In this document: in pieces, positions 22,491 to 33,419 of the stretch
How the letters are laid out: each line of letters starts with the position of its first letter
How positions within the stretch are numbered: the stretch's first letter is position 1
From: Octopus bimaculoides
Lineage: Eukaryota
Assembly (NCBI RefSeq): GCF_001194135.2
Contig: NC_068988.1
Location: forward strand, 55,906,278-55,951,119
Reading direction: 5' to 3'
Length of the DNA stretch: 44,842 bases
The notes under the pieces: model-generated
Seen by the model: the letters and a program-made list of their open reading frames with translations, nothing else
What the model was told of the DNA's origin: nothing
The model's database searches: none
Position numbers and translations under genes: made by a program

Positions 22491-23458
22491 CATAATATAT
22501 ATTTACACGCCCATACAGAAAAATATACGCTCACACTCAGCACACAGACCTCATACATACACATATAGAAACAATGGCGGCGGAGATGAATATGTTATTA
22601 CAAGAAGCTTCTACCAAATGGCAGTAATTGGTGCCATTTCAGTGATTCAACCACTGGACACAGGAAACTACATTTTATTTATTNNNNNNNNNNNNNNNNN
22701 NNNNNNNNNNNNNNNNNNNNNNNNNNNNNNNNNNNNNNNNNNNNNNNNNNNNNNNNNNNNNNNNNNNNNNNNNNNNNNNNNNNNNNNNNNNNNNNNNNNN
22801 NNNNNNNNNNNNNNNNNNNNNNNNNNNNNNNNNNNNNNNNNNNNNNNNNNNNNNNNNNNNNNNNNNNNNNNNNNNNNNNNNNNNNNNNNNNNNNNNNNNN
22901 NNNNNNNNNNNNNNNNNNNNNNNNNNNNNNNNNNNNNNNNNNNNNNNNNNNNNNNNNNNNNNNNNNNNNNNNNNNNNNNNNNNNNNNNNNNNNNNNNNNN
23001 NNNNNNNNNNNNNNNNNNNNNNNNNNNNNNNNNNNNNNNNNNNNNNNNNNNNNNNNNNNNNNNNNNNNNNNNNNNNNNNNNNNNNNNNNNNNNNNNNNNN
23101 NNNNNNNNNNNNNNNNNNNNNNNNNNNNNNNNNNNNNNNNNNNNNNNNNNNNNNNNNNNNNNNNNNNNNNNNNNNNNNNNNNNNNNNNNNNNNNNNNNNN
23201 NNNNNNNNNNNNNNNNNNNNNNNNNNNNNNNNNNNNNNNNNNNNNNNNNNNNNNNNNNNNNNNNNNNNNNNNNNNNNNNNNNNNNNNNNNNNNNNNNNNN
23301 NNNNNNNNNNNNNNNNNNNNNNNNNNNNNNNNNNNNNNNNNNNNNNNNNNNNNNNNNNNNNNNNNNNNNNNNNNNNNNNNNNNNNNNNNNNNNNNNNNNN
23401 NNNNNNNNNNNNNNNNNNNNNNNNNNNNNNNNNNNNNNNNNNNNNNNNNNNNNNNNNN

Positions 23459-23498
<40 letters not shown>

Positions 23499-23943
23499 TC
23501 ACTTGTACAGTTATACACATAAACAGACCTATAAACACATATATACATCGACACATTTAAAAACAAAACATACAGCTAACTTGATAAGAGCTTCTGTGAG
23601 GGCCCGTAACCCTTGACCTCTGTTGGCGATTTCGAAAGCAGATTATTTTACAATCTTCCGATTGATAACTCTCAATAATAGGTGAGGTGTTTTGAAACAA
23701 TAAATAGACGATGTTGTGAAAACACTGACAGTACCCGAATTAACTTACACCCAGATGGACTAAATGGGGCAACTAAATGGTCGTTAAATACCATCGCCTC
23801 TCGGCAAGGTACCCCAAGAAAAAAAAAATGCTCTTCGTGATTGGGTACTTAGTTTACTAAGACCTAGCTACATTTTCTTTAAACAGCTTAATGAACCTCT
23901 CTAGCTGTTCCTCGAGCGTATTTATTTGTTTATTCATTTAAGT

Positions 23944-23944
<1 letters not shown>

Positions 23945-23981
<37 letters not shown>

Positions 23982-24584
23982 GTATATCGTCATCGTATAT
24001 CATCATCATCATCATCATCGTATATCATCATCATCATCATCATCGTATATCATCATCATCATCATCATCGTATATCATCATCATCATCGTATATCGTCAT
24101 CGTATATCATCATCATCATCATCATCGTATATCATCATCATCATCATCATCGTATATCATNNNNNNNNNNTCATCGTATATCGTCATCGTATATCATCAT
24201 CATCATCATCATCGTATATCATCATCATCATCATCATCGTATATCATCATCATCATCATCATCGTATATCATCATCATCATCGTATATCGTCATCGTATA
24301 TCATCATCATCATCATCATCATCATCGTATATCATCATCATCATCATCATCGTATATCATCATCATCATCATCATCATCATCGTATATCATCATCGTATA
24401 TCATCATCATTATCATCATCGTATATCATCATCATCATTATCATCATTATCATCATCGTATATCATCATCATCATCATCATCATTACCGTCGTCGTCATC
24501 GTCTTCGTTTTCGTCGTCGTTTTCGTTGTTGTCATCGCTGTCGTTTTATCATTATCACACGCATACACACATACACACACGCAT

Positions 24585-24621
<37 letters not shown>

Positions 24622-25250
24622 TACCACCACGACCATCATCACCATCATATTCATCGTGATCCTCATCTTGCTCTTGTTCCTGCTACTCATCCTCCTAATG
24701 ATCGTCGTCGTCATCATCATCATCGTCATCGTCATCATCATCGTCATCGTCATCATCATCATCGTCATCGTCATCGTCATCATCATCATCGTCATCATCA
24801 TCATCGTCATCGTCATCGTCATCATCATCATCGTNNNNNNNNNNNNNNNNNNNNNNNNNNNNNNNNNNNNNNNNNNNNNNNNNNNNNNNNNNNNNNNNNN
24901 NNNNNNNNCGTCATCGTCATCATCATCATCGTCATCGTCATTGTCATCATCATCATCGTCATCATCATCATCGTCATCGTCATCGTCATCATCATCATCG
25001 TCATCATCATCATCGTCATCGTCATCGTCATCATCATCATCGTTGTTGTCTTTGTCGTGATCATCGTTGTCATTTTTATCCTCCTCATCGCCACACACAC
25101 ACACACTACCACCACCACCACCACCACCACCACCACCATGATCGTAGTCCTACTCCTGCTTCTCGACATCCTCACCATTATCATCAACATCATCACCGTC
25201 ATCGTCGGCACTTCATCATGATCATCAACATGATCATCATCTTTATCACC
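23945..25250. repeat. Compound (CAT)n array punctuated by CGTATAT, switching to (CATCGT)n after a (CA)n block
   Basis: Direct reading; contains two small gaps. Confidence 0.9.
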
Positions 25251-25366
25251 ATCATCGTTATTCGCTCTATCGACCTGTTCCGAAGTGTTTTCTTATCACT
25301 CTTAAAGATGATTGATATTAGCAAGTGAAACTACATACAAAAAATATTTTGCTGGGCATTCAGTTA

Positions 25367-25746
25367 GTTGGCACTCCGTCGCTTACGACGTCGAGGGTTC
25401 CAGTTGATCCGATCAACGGAACAGCCTGCTCGTGAAATTAACGTGCAACTGGCTGAGCACTCCACAGACACGTGTACCCTTAACGTAGTTCTCGGGGATA
25501 TTCAGCGCGACACAATGTGACAAGGCTGACCCTTTGAATTACAGGCACAACAGAAACAGGAAGTAAGAGTGAGAGAAAGTTGTGGTGGAAGAGTACAGCA
25601 GGGTTCGCCACCATCCGCTGCCGGTATCTCGTCGGGCTTTAGGTGTTTTCGTTCAATAAACACTCACAACACCCGATCTGGGAATCGAAACCGCGATCCT
25701 ATGACCACGAGTTCGCTGCCCTAACCACTGGGCCATTGCGCCTCCA
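25367..25746 (-). mobile_element. Full-length SINE family D
   Basis: Minus-strand head GGAGGCGCAATGGCCCAGTGGTTAGGGCAG (A box) and GGTTTCGATTCC (B box); 3' part shared with family E; highly similar to 28126-28558. Confidence 0.9.
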
Positions 25747-26205
25747 CCAACACAATGATAGCAATACACAAACGCAGACGCATGCGCGCGCGCACATACA
25801 CACACACAAATTGCCAAATGAAATTCATTCTCAAAATTTTAATATCAGCAACAAAACCGCAAGTCTGGCCTCGTCGTTTGCTAACGACACCAGCAGCAGA
25901 CAAACCCTGGATGAAAGAACATTGGTAGTACTATATAACTAGAACTAAAGTGTTTTTGCCTGAATATATACAAAGGCAAAAGAGATGGTGGTGTATTTGG
26001 CATTTCCAAAGCGTTCCTGGTACCCCCAGAAGAGTAATTACAAGAGGCCCTTGTTGATACGTGGAATGAGTTTTCCTGTTTCGGGTTGGGTAGATTACAT
26101 AGAACCAAACCTATGATATTTAAAACTAAGAATGGGGCAAGGAAGTAAGGAGACAAGCTGAACGAGTGAGTCACAAATCTGTCGCATACCTAATCGCCAA
26201 ATATA

Positions 26206-26433
26206 CCTATTTCTTTATTGCTCACAGGGGGCTAAACAAAGAGGGGGCAAACAAGGACAGACAAAAGGATTAAGTCGATTACATCGACCCCCAATGCGTT
26301 ACTGGTACTTATTTAATCGACACCGAAAGGTAAAGTCGACCTCGGCAGAATTTGAATACAGAACGTAACAGCAGACGAAATACCGCCAAACATTTCACCC
26401 GGCGTGCTAACGTTTCTGCCAGCTCGCCGCCTT
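26206..26433 (-). mobile_element. SINE family A, tail type A2, with 13-bp TSD
   Basis: TSD ATCGCCAAATATA at 26193-26205 and 26434-26446; tail GTCTGTCCTTGTTTG...AATAAAGAAATAG. Confidence 0.92.
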
Positions 26434-26629
26434 ATCGCCAAATATATTAAACGAATAAGAATTAGCTTTCAACAAAAGATATTAGAGACAATGTTGGCTC
26501 TAGCTTGCTGTTATTTTGTGGAAGAGCAGCGCTAAAATAATCTTTAAAAGTTTTTTTGTTATACGGGGTTCTTGAGGAAATAAATATCCTAATGAGCCTC
26601 AAAGATTATAAAATGACTCCGAAGTTGTG

Positions 26630-26995
26630 CTCCGTAGAAGTGCGAAGCAAAGGGCTTTAAGTTTGGTGGTGCAGGAGAGAAAGCCCAGCTGCTATACAAG
26701 TCGCAATAAAAGTCACTTAACGGATTTCCGTTCAGAAGAACTGGAGAACCTGAAAGAACATCACAGACAACAACAGCAACATCAGGTCATGAGAATTGGT
26801 TTTCTCAGAATACCACCAAGCTTAATACTTGGAATGCCCGAAGAGATAAACTTGTCTCCAGTTCAAATAACCGACAAGTAAGGCAAAGGGCGTTCTCCTT
26901 GTCATAATCAATAATGCCACCCAAGGAAATGGAAAGCGAGCAAGGCGGCAAACGGGTTGGGACAGCCGGGAGAAAAACAAGAAAAGAAAACAGTA
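26630..26995 (+). pseudogene. Possible degenerate LINE ORF1 (RRM / zinc-knuckle region) fragment
   Basis: Reads RIGFLRIPPSLI...GKGRSPCHNQ*CH, loosely like an ORF1 RRM plus CCHC knuckle; stops present. Confidence 0.25.
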
Positions 26996-27000
26996 TAACT

Positions 27001-27154
27001 GCACGAGCTGGCAGAAACGTTAGCACACCGGGTGAAATGCTTAGTGGTATTTCTTCTGCCGTTATGTTCTGAGTTCAAATTCCGCCGAGATCGACTTTGC
27101 CTTTCATCCTTTCGGGATCGCTAAATAAAGTACCAGTTACGCACTGGAGTCGGC
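27001..27154 (+). mobile_element. SINE family A, 3'-truncated
   Basis: GAGCTGGCAGAAACGTTAGCAC...GAGTTCAAATTCCGCC...TTTGCCTTTCATCCTTTCGGGATCG...AAGTACCAGTTACGCACTGG. Confidence 0.9.
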
Positions 27155-27540
27155 ACATATACATATATGGACAAAAAAAAAAAGGGGAGAGAAAGGGCGG
27201 GAGAAAGAGTGAGAGGCAATTAGAAAGAAAACTTCATCCCAGAAGTACAGATCGGTTTTCTGCATCACATCGCCTTAATATCAATAGAACAACTCAGTGT
27301 TTCAGAATTCCAATTTGTTTTCAGTCTCACCCAGAAGTTTGAGAACATGCGCACGCATACAAACGGTGTATTTATGTCCGTCTGTCTTCTGCCTGTCTTT
27401 CTGTATGCGTGTCTTTCTTTATGCACATAAATATATATCCTGTTTTCAACCGGACCCAGTTTGCACCGGTTCGGGTGAGCCGGTTATTAACTTAAAATCT
27501 TTTGATTATAACAACTTATTTAAAAAATAAAAAAAGATAA

Positions 27541-27818
27541 CACTTCGTCGGTTACAACGACGAGCGTTCCAGATGATCCGATAGACGGAGAAGTATGCTC
27601 CTCAAATGATCGTACAAGTGGCTGAGCACTCCACAGACAGACTCCTTAGTTCACAGGGATGTCCATGTGACACAGAATATGACAAAGCTGACCCTTTGAA
27701 ATACAGGTACAACTCATTTTTGACAGCTGAGTGGACGTGATTAAGGACACAACACACCGCCTAGTATCGAACTCACTATCTCGAAACAAATATCTTAACC
27801 CTTGATCACGCGCTTTCA
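27541..27818 (-). mobile_element. SINE family E, degenerate
   Basis: CGTCGGTTACAACGACGAG...GTGGCTGAGCACTCCACAGAC...ACTCATTTTTGACAGCTGAGTGGAC...AGGACACAA. Confidence 0.75.
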
Positions 27819-27974
27819 TTCGTAACTATTATTAACAATTTGGCTGTATGATGAAACGACTTACTCGGAAAAGATATGAGGTCAGTCACATCACAGAGAT
27901 AAATTCCTTAATGTCTTGAAGTGAAAATTAATCGTTATGTTTCCAATATTAAATTTTCTACGTTAAAGCTTATT

Positions 27975-28020
27975 TGTTCCAGCATGGCCGCAGTCTAATG
28001 ATTGAAACAAGTAAAAGATA
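27975..28020 (+). mobile_element. SINE family B extreme 3' end
   Basis: TCCAGCATGGCCGCAGTCTAATGATTGAAACAAGTAAAAGA. Confidence 0.75.
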
Positions 28021-28034
28021 CATACATACATTCA

Positions 28035-28086
<52 letters not shown>

Positions 28087-28125
28087 CCTGCATACATACA
28101 TACATACATACATACATACATACAT

Positions 28126-28558
28126 GTTGGCACTCCGTCGCTTACAACGTCGAGGGTTCCAACTGATTCGATCAACGGAACAGCCTGCTCGTGAAATTAA
28201 CGTGCAAGTGGCTGAGCACTCCACAGACACGTGTACCCTTAACGTAGTTCTCGGGGATATTCAGCGTGACACAATGTGACAAGGCTGGCCCTTTGAAATA
28301 CAAGCACAACAGAAACAAGAAGCGAGAGTGGGAGAAAGTTGTGGCGAAAGTGTACAGCAGGATTCGCCACCATACCCTGCCGGAGCCTCGTGGAGCTTTA
28401 GGTGTTTTCGCTCAATAAACACCCACAACGCCCGGTCTAGGAATCGAAACCGCNNNNNNNNNNCTCAATAAACACCCACAACGCCCGGTCTAGGAATCGA
28501 AACCGCGATCCTGTGACCGCGAGTCCGCTGCCCTAACCACTGGGCCATTGCGCCTCCA
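28126..28558 (-). mobile_element. SINE family D flanked by (TACA)n
   Basis: Highly similar to 25367-25746; a 43-bp overlap is duplicated across the 10-N gap. Confidence 0.9.
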
Positions 28559-28919
28559 ATACATATATACATACATACGTACATACACACATACATGGTG
28601 ACTGTCTACTCCTTGCAGAGTGACATTCTCTTATAACTATAATAGTTCTTTCCTAGCGTGAGATCTTAAATTACTTTTGAGCCCTCAAAGGTGTTTGAAG
28701 AACTGATCACATATACTTCAACAGTATATCTCATTTCAACATTGGATCCATTTCCTGTTTGTGTAGCATAAATGTTCATGTTCCGTTTCAATTCACCACG
28801 TGATTGCAAGTTTTTTTTTTGGGGGGGGGGGCAGACATTGCATTGAAATTGGACACTCGGAATGAAACTCCAACACATACATACATACATACATACATAC
28901 GTACGTACATAAACTTACA

Positions 28920-29495
28920 GTATAGTAGAAGTCATAGCTACTCATAATAAAGAAGAGTAATGGTGGAATGTCCCAGTGAAAAGCTTAATAAAATGTAAAC
29001 ACAATAGACCCTGGCGGAGTAATTTGGGATAGAGAAGAGAAACTCTGCACAGTTGTGGAAATTAGCTGCCCAGCGGATATTGACATAAAGCTAAAGATCA
29101 GCGAAAAAGAAAATAACTACGCTGAACTATTGAGAAATTTACAGTTACTCTATCCAAATTGCAAGTTCAGGTTTATTGTTGTAATTATTGGAGCACTGGG
29201 ATATGTAACACACTGCCTCAATACCAATCTTGAGAAATTAGGCTTCTGAAAGCTAGAGAGGAGAAAGCTGATTCGAAGACTACAGATGCAAGCCATTTAA
29301 GAATATATGAGCATGTCTGAACATGCAACTCTATGCGTTAGAATACATACATAAAACAAAACATGCAAATCTGCCCGTATACATACATACAAAAATAGCC
29401 TGTTGATGTTGAGATTCCAACGAAGGAGCCTTTGATCTAGGTTAGAAACCGGCTCTTTATTGGCAAGAAGTCTTGAAATAAACTGAATAATGACA
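28920..29495 (+). mobile_element. 5'-truncated R4-like RLE retrotransposon, subfamily T1, flanked by (TACA)n
   Basis: WWNVPVKSLIKCKHNRP, frameshift, VIWDREEKLCTVVEISCPAD...KENNYAELLRNLQLLYP...IIGALGYV: C-terminal RLE domain; 3' UTR ends GAATAATGA then (CATA)n. Confidence 0.85.
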
Positions 29496-29607
29496 TACAT
29501 ACATACATACATGCATGCATGCATAATACATACATACATACATGCATACATACATACATGCATGCATGCATAATACATACATACATACATGCATACATAC
29601 ATACATA

Positions 29608-29978
29608 AGGAAATTAGCTGCCCTCTGAACCCATAATGTGGTTAGAAAAATACAAGAGAAAGAGAACGTTTATGGACCATTAATAAGGAGTTTGCAGATC
29701 CAGTACCCAAGATACACTTTCAGCTACATAACTTTATTGAAGTAACAAGATACATACCAAGCTGTCTGGGGCAATGTATGGCTGAACTTGGGTCCTTGGG
29801 GAGAGAATACAAATTCTTAGTTCATATGCTACAATTGATCATGATATCTGGGACTATAAAAATCTGCGAGACCTTCTTAAGATTTAAAGGATGAAGAACA
29901 AAACAAGATGCTTTCCTTCACAACCTTACTACGGAGTAGGTGGCCGGTCAAAATTTACTTTAAAATTGAAATAAGAGA
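29608..29978 (+). mobile_element. 5'-truncated R4-like RLE retrotransposon, subfamily T2, flanked by (TACA)n
   Basis: EISCP...KIQEKENVYGPLIRSLQIQYPRY...ISGTIKICETFLRFKG*; homologous to T1 but with a different 3' UTR. Confidence 0.8.
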
Positions 29979-30066
29979 ACATACATACATACATACATGC
30001 ATACATACATACATGCATACATACATACATACATACATACGTACGTATGTACGTACAGGCATACAT

Positions 30067-30393
30067 AGGAGCCCTCCGTCGGTTACGACGACGAGAGTCC
30101 CAGCTGATACGATCAACGGAACAGCCAGCTCATGAAATTAACGTGCAAGTGACTGGGCAATCCATAGACATGTGTACCCTTAACATAATTCTCAGGGGAT
30201 ATTCAGCGTGACACAGAGTGTGACAAGGCCGTCCCTTTGTATTACAGGTACGACTCATTTTTGCCAGTTGAGTGGACTGGAGCAACGTGAAATAAAGTGT
30301 CTTGCTCAAGGACACAATGCGTCGCCGGGAATTGAACTCATGACCTTACGATCGTGATCCGAATGCCCTAACCACTAAGCCACGCGCCTTCAC
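30067..30393 (-). mobile_element. Full-length SINE family E (tRNA head + CORE-like domain + D-type 3' part), flanked by (TACA)n
   Basis: A box TGGCTTAGTGG, B box GAGTTCAATTCC, TGTGTCCTTGAGCAAGACACTT (CORE-like), 3' part shared with family D. Confidence 0.9.
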
Positions 30394-30427
30394 TTACATA
30401 GATACATACATACATACATACATACCA

Positions 30428-30527
30428 TGTTGTTGATGTTGAAATTCCAATGAAGGAGCCTTGAATCTAGGTTAGAAACCGGTTCTTTCTCTATTGACAA
30501 GAAATCATGAAATAAACTGAATAATGA
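30428..30527 (+). mobile_element. 3'-UTR-only copy of the R4-like T1 element
   Basis: TGTTGATGTTGAAATTCCAATGAAGGAGCC...TCTAGGTTAGAAACCGG...TGAAATAAACTGAATAATGA matches 29400-29495. Confidence 0.85.
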
Positions 30528-30534
30528 CATACAC

Positions 30535-30565
<31 letters not shown>

Positions 30566-30625
30566 TACATACATACATACATACATACATACATACATAC
30601 ATACATACATGCATACATACATACC

Positions 30626-30726
30626 GTGTTGCTGATATTGAAATTCCAATGAAGGGACCTTGGATCTAGGTTAGAAACCGGTTCTTCCTCTATTGGCAAG
30701 GATTCTTGAAATAAAACTGAATATTT
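30626..30726 (+). mobile_element. Second 3'-UTR-only copy of the R4-like T1 element
   Basis: Same ~100-bp module with the same 5' boundary as 30428. Confidence 0.85.
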
Positions 30727-30799
30727 ACATAATATATACATACATACATACATACATGCATACATACATACATACATGCATAAATACATACATACACGA

Positions 30800-30947
30800 T
30801 TGCTGCAACTTGATTTCCAGTAATGTCATTGTTTAATTGTTCTCTTGAACATGAGCATATGGATTTGGCTTTTCGGACTTATTAGAGGCTTGTACTCTTT
30901 TTATAGATGAAACGATGATGATGGGCGTCTCTTGCAGTAGGTGTCAC
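30800..30947. repeat. Unclassified dispersed repeat G, copy 2
   Basis: Colinear anchors shared with 1555-1700. Confidence 0.55.
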
Positions 30948-31438
30948 AATATTGCTTTGCTGAACCTTTGCTTGTTCGCCCTCTGACGCACACTTCTTCG
31001 GCACTCCCTGCAAGCAGAGATGCAATATAATGCATATTTACCAACTTCCCTGTGCCTCTGTGTGTGTGTGTGTGTGGGGGGGAGTCTCTGTGTGTGTGGC
31101 TTCTCTGATGACTTCTGTAAGCTTGCCTTACTTAGAGAGACACACCCACACTCGTTATATGTTAAATACATATATATACATACATGGATGGAGAGAAATG
31201 TATTTAAATGCAGTCAAATCGGGAATGCTTTGATATTCCATATGAAATGAAATTTATCAAAGATACACACCCACATTGAACGCGTGGAATCGTACACACT
31301 CACATACAGAGACACACACAATCACACACACATACACAATCCCATACACATTCCATTACACACACACATACATTCCGCTGGCAATCAACACGCAAAAAGA
31401 CAGACACCTACATACACATACATGGGCACCCAAACACA

Positions 31439-31506
<68 letters not shown>

Positions 31507-32502
31507 TATGCTTTCAACTGTATATATTGCATATTGATATATATCCCCTTNNNNNNNNNNNNNNNNNNNNNNNNNNNNNNNNNNNNNNNNNNNNNNNNNN
31601 NNNNNNNNNNNNNNNNNNNNNNNNNNNNNNNNNNNNNNNNNNNNNNNNNNNNNNNNNNNNNNNNNNNNNNNNNNNNNNNNNNNNNNNNNNNNNNNNNNNN
31701 NNNNNNNNNNNNNNNNNNNNNNNNNNNNNNNNNNNNNNNNNNNNNNNNNNNNNNNNNNNNNNNNNNNNNNNNNNNNNNNNNNNNNNNNNNNNNNNNNNNN
31801 NNNNNNNNNNNNNNNNNNNNNNNNNNNNNNNNNNNNNNNNNNNNNNNNNNNNNNNNNNNNNNNNNNNNNNNNNNNNNNNNNNNNNNNNNNNNNNNNNNNN
31901 NNNNNNNNNNNNNNNNNNNNNNNNNNNNNNNNNNNNNNNNNNNNNNNNNNNNNNNNNNNNNNNNNNNNNNNNNNNNNNNNNNNNNNNNNNNNNNNNNNNN
32001 NNNNNNNNNNNNNNNNNNNNNNNNNNNNNNNNNNNNNNNNNNNNNNNNNNNNNNNNNNNNNNNNNNNNNNNNNNNNNNNNNNNNNNNNNNNNNNNNNNNN
32101 NNNNNNNNNNNNNNNNNNNNNNNNNNNNNNNNNNNNNNNNNNNNNNNNNNNNNNNNNNNNNNNNNNNNNNNNNNNNNNNNNNNNNNNNNNNNNNNNNNNN
32201 NNNNNNNNNNNNNNNNNNNNNNNNNNNNNNNNNNNNNNNNNNNNNNNNNNNNNNNNNNNNNNNNNNNNNNNNNNNNNNNNNNNNNNNNNNNNNNNNNNNN
32301 NNNNNNNNNNNNNNNNNNNNNNNNNNNNNNNNNNNNNNNNNNNNNNNNNNNNNNNNNNNNNNNNNNNNNNNNNNNNNNNNNNNNNNNNNNNNNNNNNNNN
32401 NNNNNNNNNNNNNNNNNNNNNNNNNNNNNNNNNNNNNNNNNNNNNNNNNNNNNNNNNNNNNNNNNNNNNNNNNNNNNNNNNNNNTATATATATATATACA
32501 TA

Positions 32503-32644
32503 CGACGGTCTTTCAATTTCCGTCTACCAAATCCACTCACAAGGCTTTGATCGGCCTGAGGTTACAGTAGAAGATACTTGCCCAAGATGCCACGCAGTGG
32601 GACTGAACCCGGGACTTACCACACCACTTACCATACAGCCACTC

Positions 32645-32645
<1 letters not shown>
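32503..32645 (-). mobile_element. SINE family B head (3' half probably in the gap)
   Basis: TTTCCGTCTACCAAATCCACTCACAAGGCTTTG...AGTAGAAGATACTTGCCCAAGATGCCACGCAGTGGGACTGAACCC. Confidence 0.85.
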
Positions 32646-32683
<38 letters not shown>

Positions 32684-32884
32684 GACACACATGCACATAC
32701 ACATACACATATGTATGTATGACTATATCGCAAGGTAATTTCATCTAGACGATATCTAGAAGATAGATCGTTCCAAATATGCCCACTTCATCCTATCCTT
32801 GTGTTCATTTTCGATCCCCTTCACTTACCCATTGGCCCTCTTACATACGTTTGTATAGAACCATGTGACAAACAAGCCAATGAG

Positions 32885-33065
32885 GTAATGTCACCCGACC
32901 TGCTAGACATAGCAGTCAAATCCCCCTTAAATCACGCCTTACCTTCTTAAAAAGGAATGCGTTTAAATAATGTGGTCTTGAATTTTCCGATACATTGGAA
33001 AAGATGGGATGGTCACTGTTGGAATGCCTCTGATCATGACTGCCGAACCAAAGCTAAGCTGTTGC
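32885..33065. mobile_element. Unclassified repeat H (a shorter piece also at ~33480-33540)
   Basis: CCTGCTAGACATAGCAGTCAAATCCCCCTTAAATC...GGATGGTCAC...GGAATGCCTCTGATCAT. Confidence 0.6.
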
Positions 33066-33074
33066 TAAGTAACC

Positions 33075-33419
33075 AGATTTTGCCTATGGTCCCATTTGAT
33101 TCCCATTTTTCTTTACTGGACCCTCATAGGTTTTATAGTTAAATATTATTGAGAATTGTATTAAAAAAAGGTTGTTAAATATTTTGTGTATTGTAGAAGT
33201 ATAACTAATTTATTGTTCATAAGCTTTGTTTTTTCTTCTGTAGTTTCAGTTTAGAGCTGCGGCCATGCTGATGCACCGCCGTTACAAATGATGAACAACC
33301 TTAATCGATTTTCGATCCTTATTGGATTCTCATCAGAGGTGTCTACATCATTCTGACAGTGTTAACAAAATCTTATATAGACCCATCAAGGACCATATGG
33401 ACCCCAGATGAGAACACTC
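33075..33419. mobile_element. hAT-Charlie MITE, second copy, with an internal insert
   Basis: TTTGATTCC..TTT..TTTACTGGACCC...TATTGTAGAAGTATAAC and AAATCTTATAT.GACC...CATATGG.CCCCAG match 6963-7630. Confidence 0.7.
33297..33340 (-). ncRNA. Minimal type-I hammerhead ribozyme with intact catalytic core
   Basis: Minus strand ACCU-CUGAUGA-GAAUCC(AAUAA)GGAUC-GAAA-AUCGAUU-A-AGGU: 4-bp stem I, stem II with one bulge, palindromic AAUCGAUU stem III, UUA cleavage triplet. Confidence 0.75.

Noticed and set aside
23926-25221. 431-aa His/Ile/Ser-rich ORF and overlapping ORFs
   Set aside because: Translation of CAT-based repeats spanning N-gaps; no coding evidence.
25670-25746. tRNA gene candidates (also at 28490-28558, 30320-30393 and family A heads)
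   Set aside because: They have A and B boxes but run on into SINE bodies, and I could not fold a full cloverleaf; these are SINE heads.
27447-27486. GC-rich hairpin AACCGG...CCGGTT
   Set aside because: Single short imperfect palindrome with no second copy or associated element in the window.
28411-28506. 43-bp direct repeat across a 10-N gap
   Set aside because: Typical unmerged contig overlap inside a SINE D; assembly artefact.
31276-32570. Long (>390 aa) ORFs here, and similar ones at 22390-23616, 42811-43867, 10511-11227 and 5135-5968
   Set aside because: The length comes from runs of N and from (CA)n/(TA)n tracts.
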